Below, in pieces: positions 63,113-64,000 of a DNA stretch of 64,000 nt. Under the pieces are notes generated by a model, which did no database searches, was not told where the DNA came from, and saw nothing but the letters and a program-made list of their open reading frames with translations. The position numbers and the translations under genes were made by a program. The stretch comes from Nitrospirota bacterium (lineage in GTDB: Bacteria; Nitrospirota; UBA9217), in contig CAVTRN010000001.1 in assembly GCA_963737155.1 (NCBI GenBank), positions 608,001-672,000 of the forward strand, written 5' to 3'. Each line of letters opens with the position of its first letter. Positions within the stretch are counted from its first letter, which is position 1.

Positions 63113-64000
63113 TTTTTCCACGTATTCTCTCGGCGACAATCTCCGTCAAGTCCTTAACCATCAATTCCCCTTCCCAACCTCCAGTCTTAATCCCATCCTC
63201 GAACATGGTGAGGCAGAAGGGACAGCTAGAAACAAGCAGCGGGACGCCGGTGTCCTTCGCCATCTGCACCCGCTTCACACTAATGTGGTCGCCGATCTTC
63301 TCCTCGGCCAGATCCGGCCACCACCTGCACCGCAGCAAAAGCTATCGTAGCCCGACTTCGCCATCTCCATCAATTGCCCTCCCGCCGCCAAAAGCACTTC
63401 CCGTGGCTCTTTGATGATATCCATGTACCGTCCTAGATAGCAGGAGTCGTGGTAAGTAAAATCGAATCGCTCGGGTGTGAGCATCAATCTCTGTTCTTTC
63501 AGTAGCTTGTCAAGGAAGGTTGCAGAGTGTTCCACCGGTAGATCAAGCCCCAGGTCTTTATAATCTCGTGCCAGGGTGTTAAAGCAGTGAGGACAGGTGG
63601 AAACGATCTTCTTGATGCCGTACCCCTTGATCAATTCTATGTTCTGGGCCGCCATCATCTGGTAGAGGTATTCGTTGCCGAGTTTGCGGACTGGCTCACC
63701 GCAGCATTTTTCCTCTTTGCCGAGAATGCCAACCCTAACCCCTGCGGCAGTGCAGATCTCCACAAAGTTTCTTGCCACTTCCTGGTTCCTCTTGTCAAAA
63801 GAAGCATAGCAGCCAACGAAATAGAGGATATCGACTTCCGTGCCGCTCTCCATAAGGGTTACCGGGAGGCCGTTGATCCACTCGCCGCGGGCCGCAAAAA
63901 CCAGGCCAAAGGGGTTGCCATTCACCTCCACGTTGCTGACCGCGGTCCTCACCTCGTTGCCAGGAAATGAACCCTCCATGAGGGTCAGGTGGCGGCGCAT
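63090..64000 (-). CDS. CCG-domain Fe-S oxidoreductase (HdrD/FadF-like), C-terminal part; 1-bp frameshift near 63310; 5' end outside window
   Basis: YFVGC, EKCCG, TCPHC, YHDSCYLGR, FCCGAGGG then LAEE...SSCPFC in the next frame. Confidence 0.88.

Overview
64 kb of bacterial chromosome. Gene style suggests an anaerobic Nitrospirota/Desulfobacterota-like organism; this is inference, not a classification. In order: (1) end of a flagellar operon (flgI, flgJ-M23, flgM, flgN, flgK, flgL) with a perfect sigma28 promoter; (2) a tripartite RND efflux pump; (3) an accessory block ending at the 3' end of tRNA-Glu, holding two IS110-family relics (one apparently keeping its structured, bridge-RNA-like non-coding end), a repeat-built Ig-like surface lipoprotein, a modular cytochrome c with 22 candidate heme motifs (alternating CxxCH/CX4CH) and a RelE fragment; (4) tRNA-Glu, tRNA-Gln and housekeeping genes with GGDEF and PaaI pseudogenes; (5) a PAS-kinase / sigma54 activator / GAF-pseudokinase / Crp cluster; (6) a large surface-polysaccharide locus carrying two group II intron relics, one of them ORF-less; (7) etfBA with a CCG-domain Fe-S oxidoreductase. 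The large predicted extracellular proteins are almost devoid of Lys/Arg, suggesting an acidic habitat.
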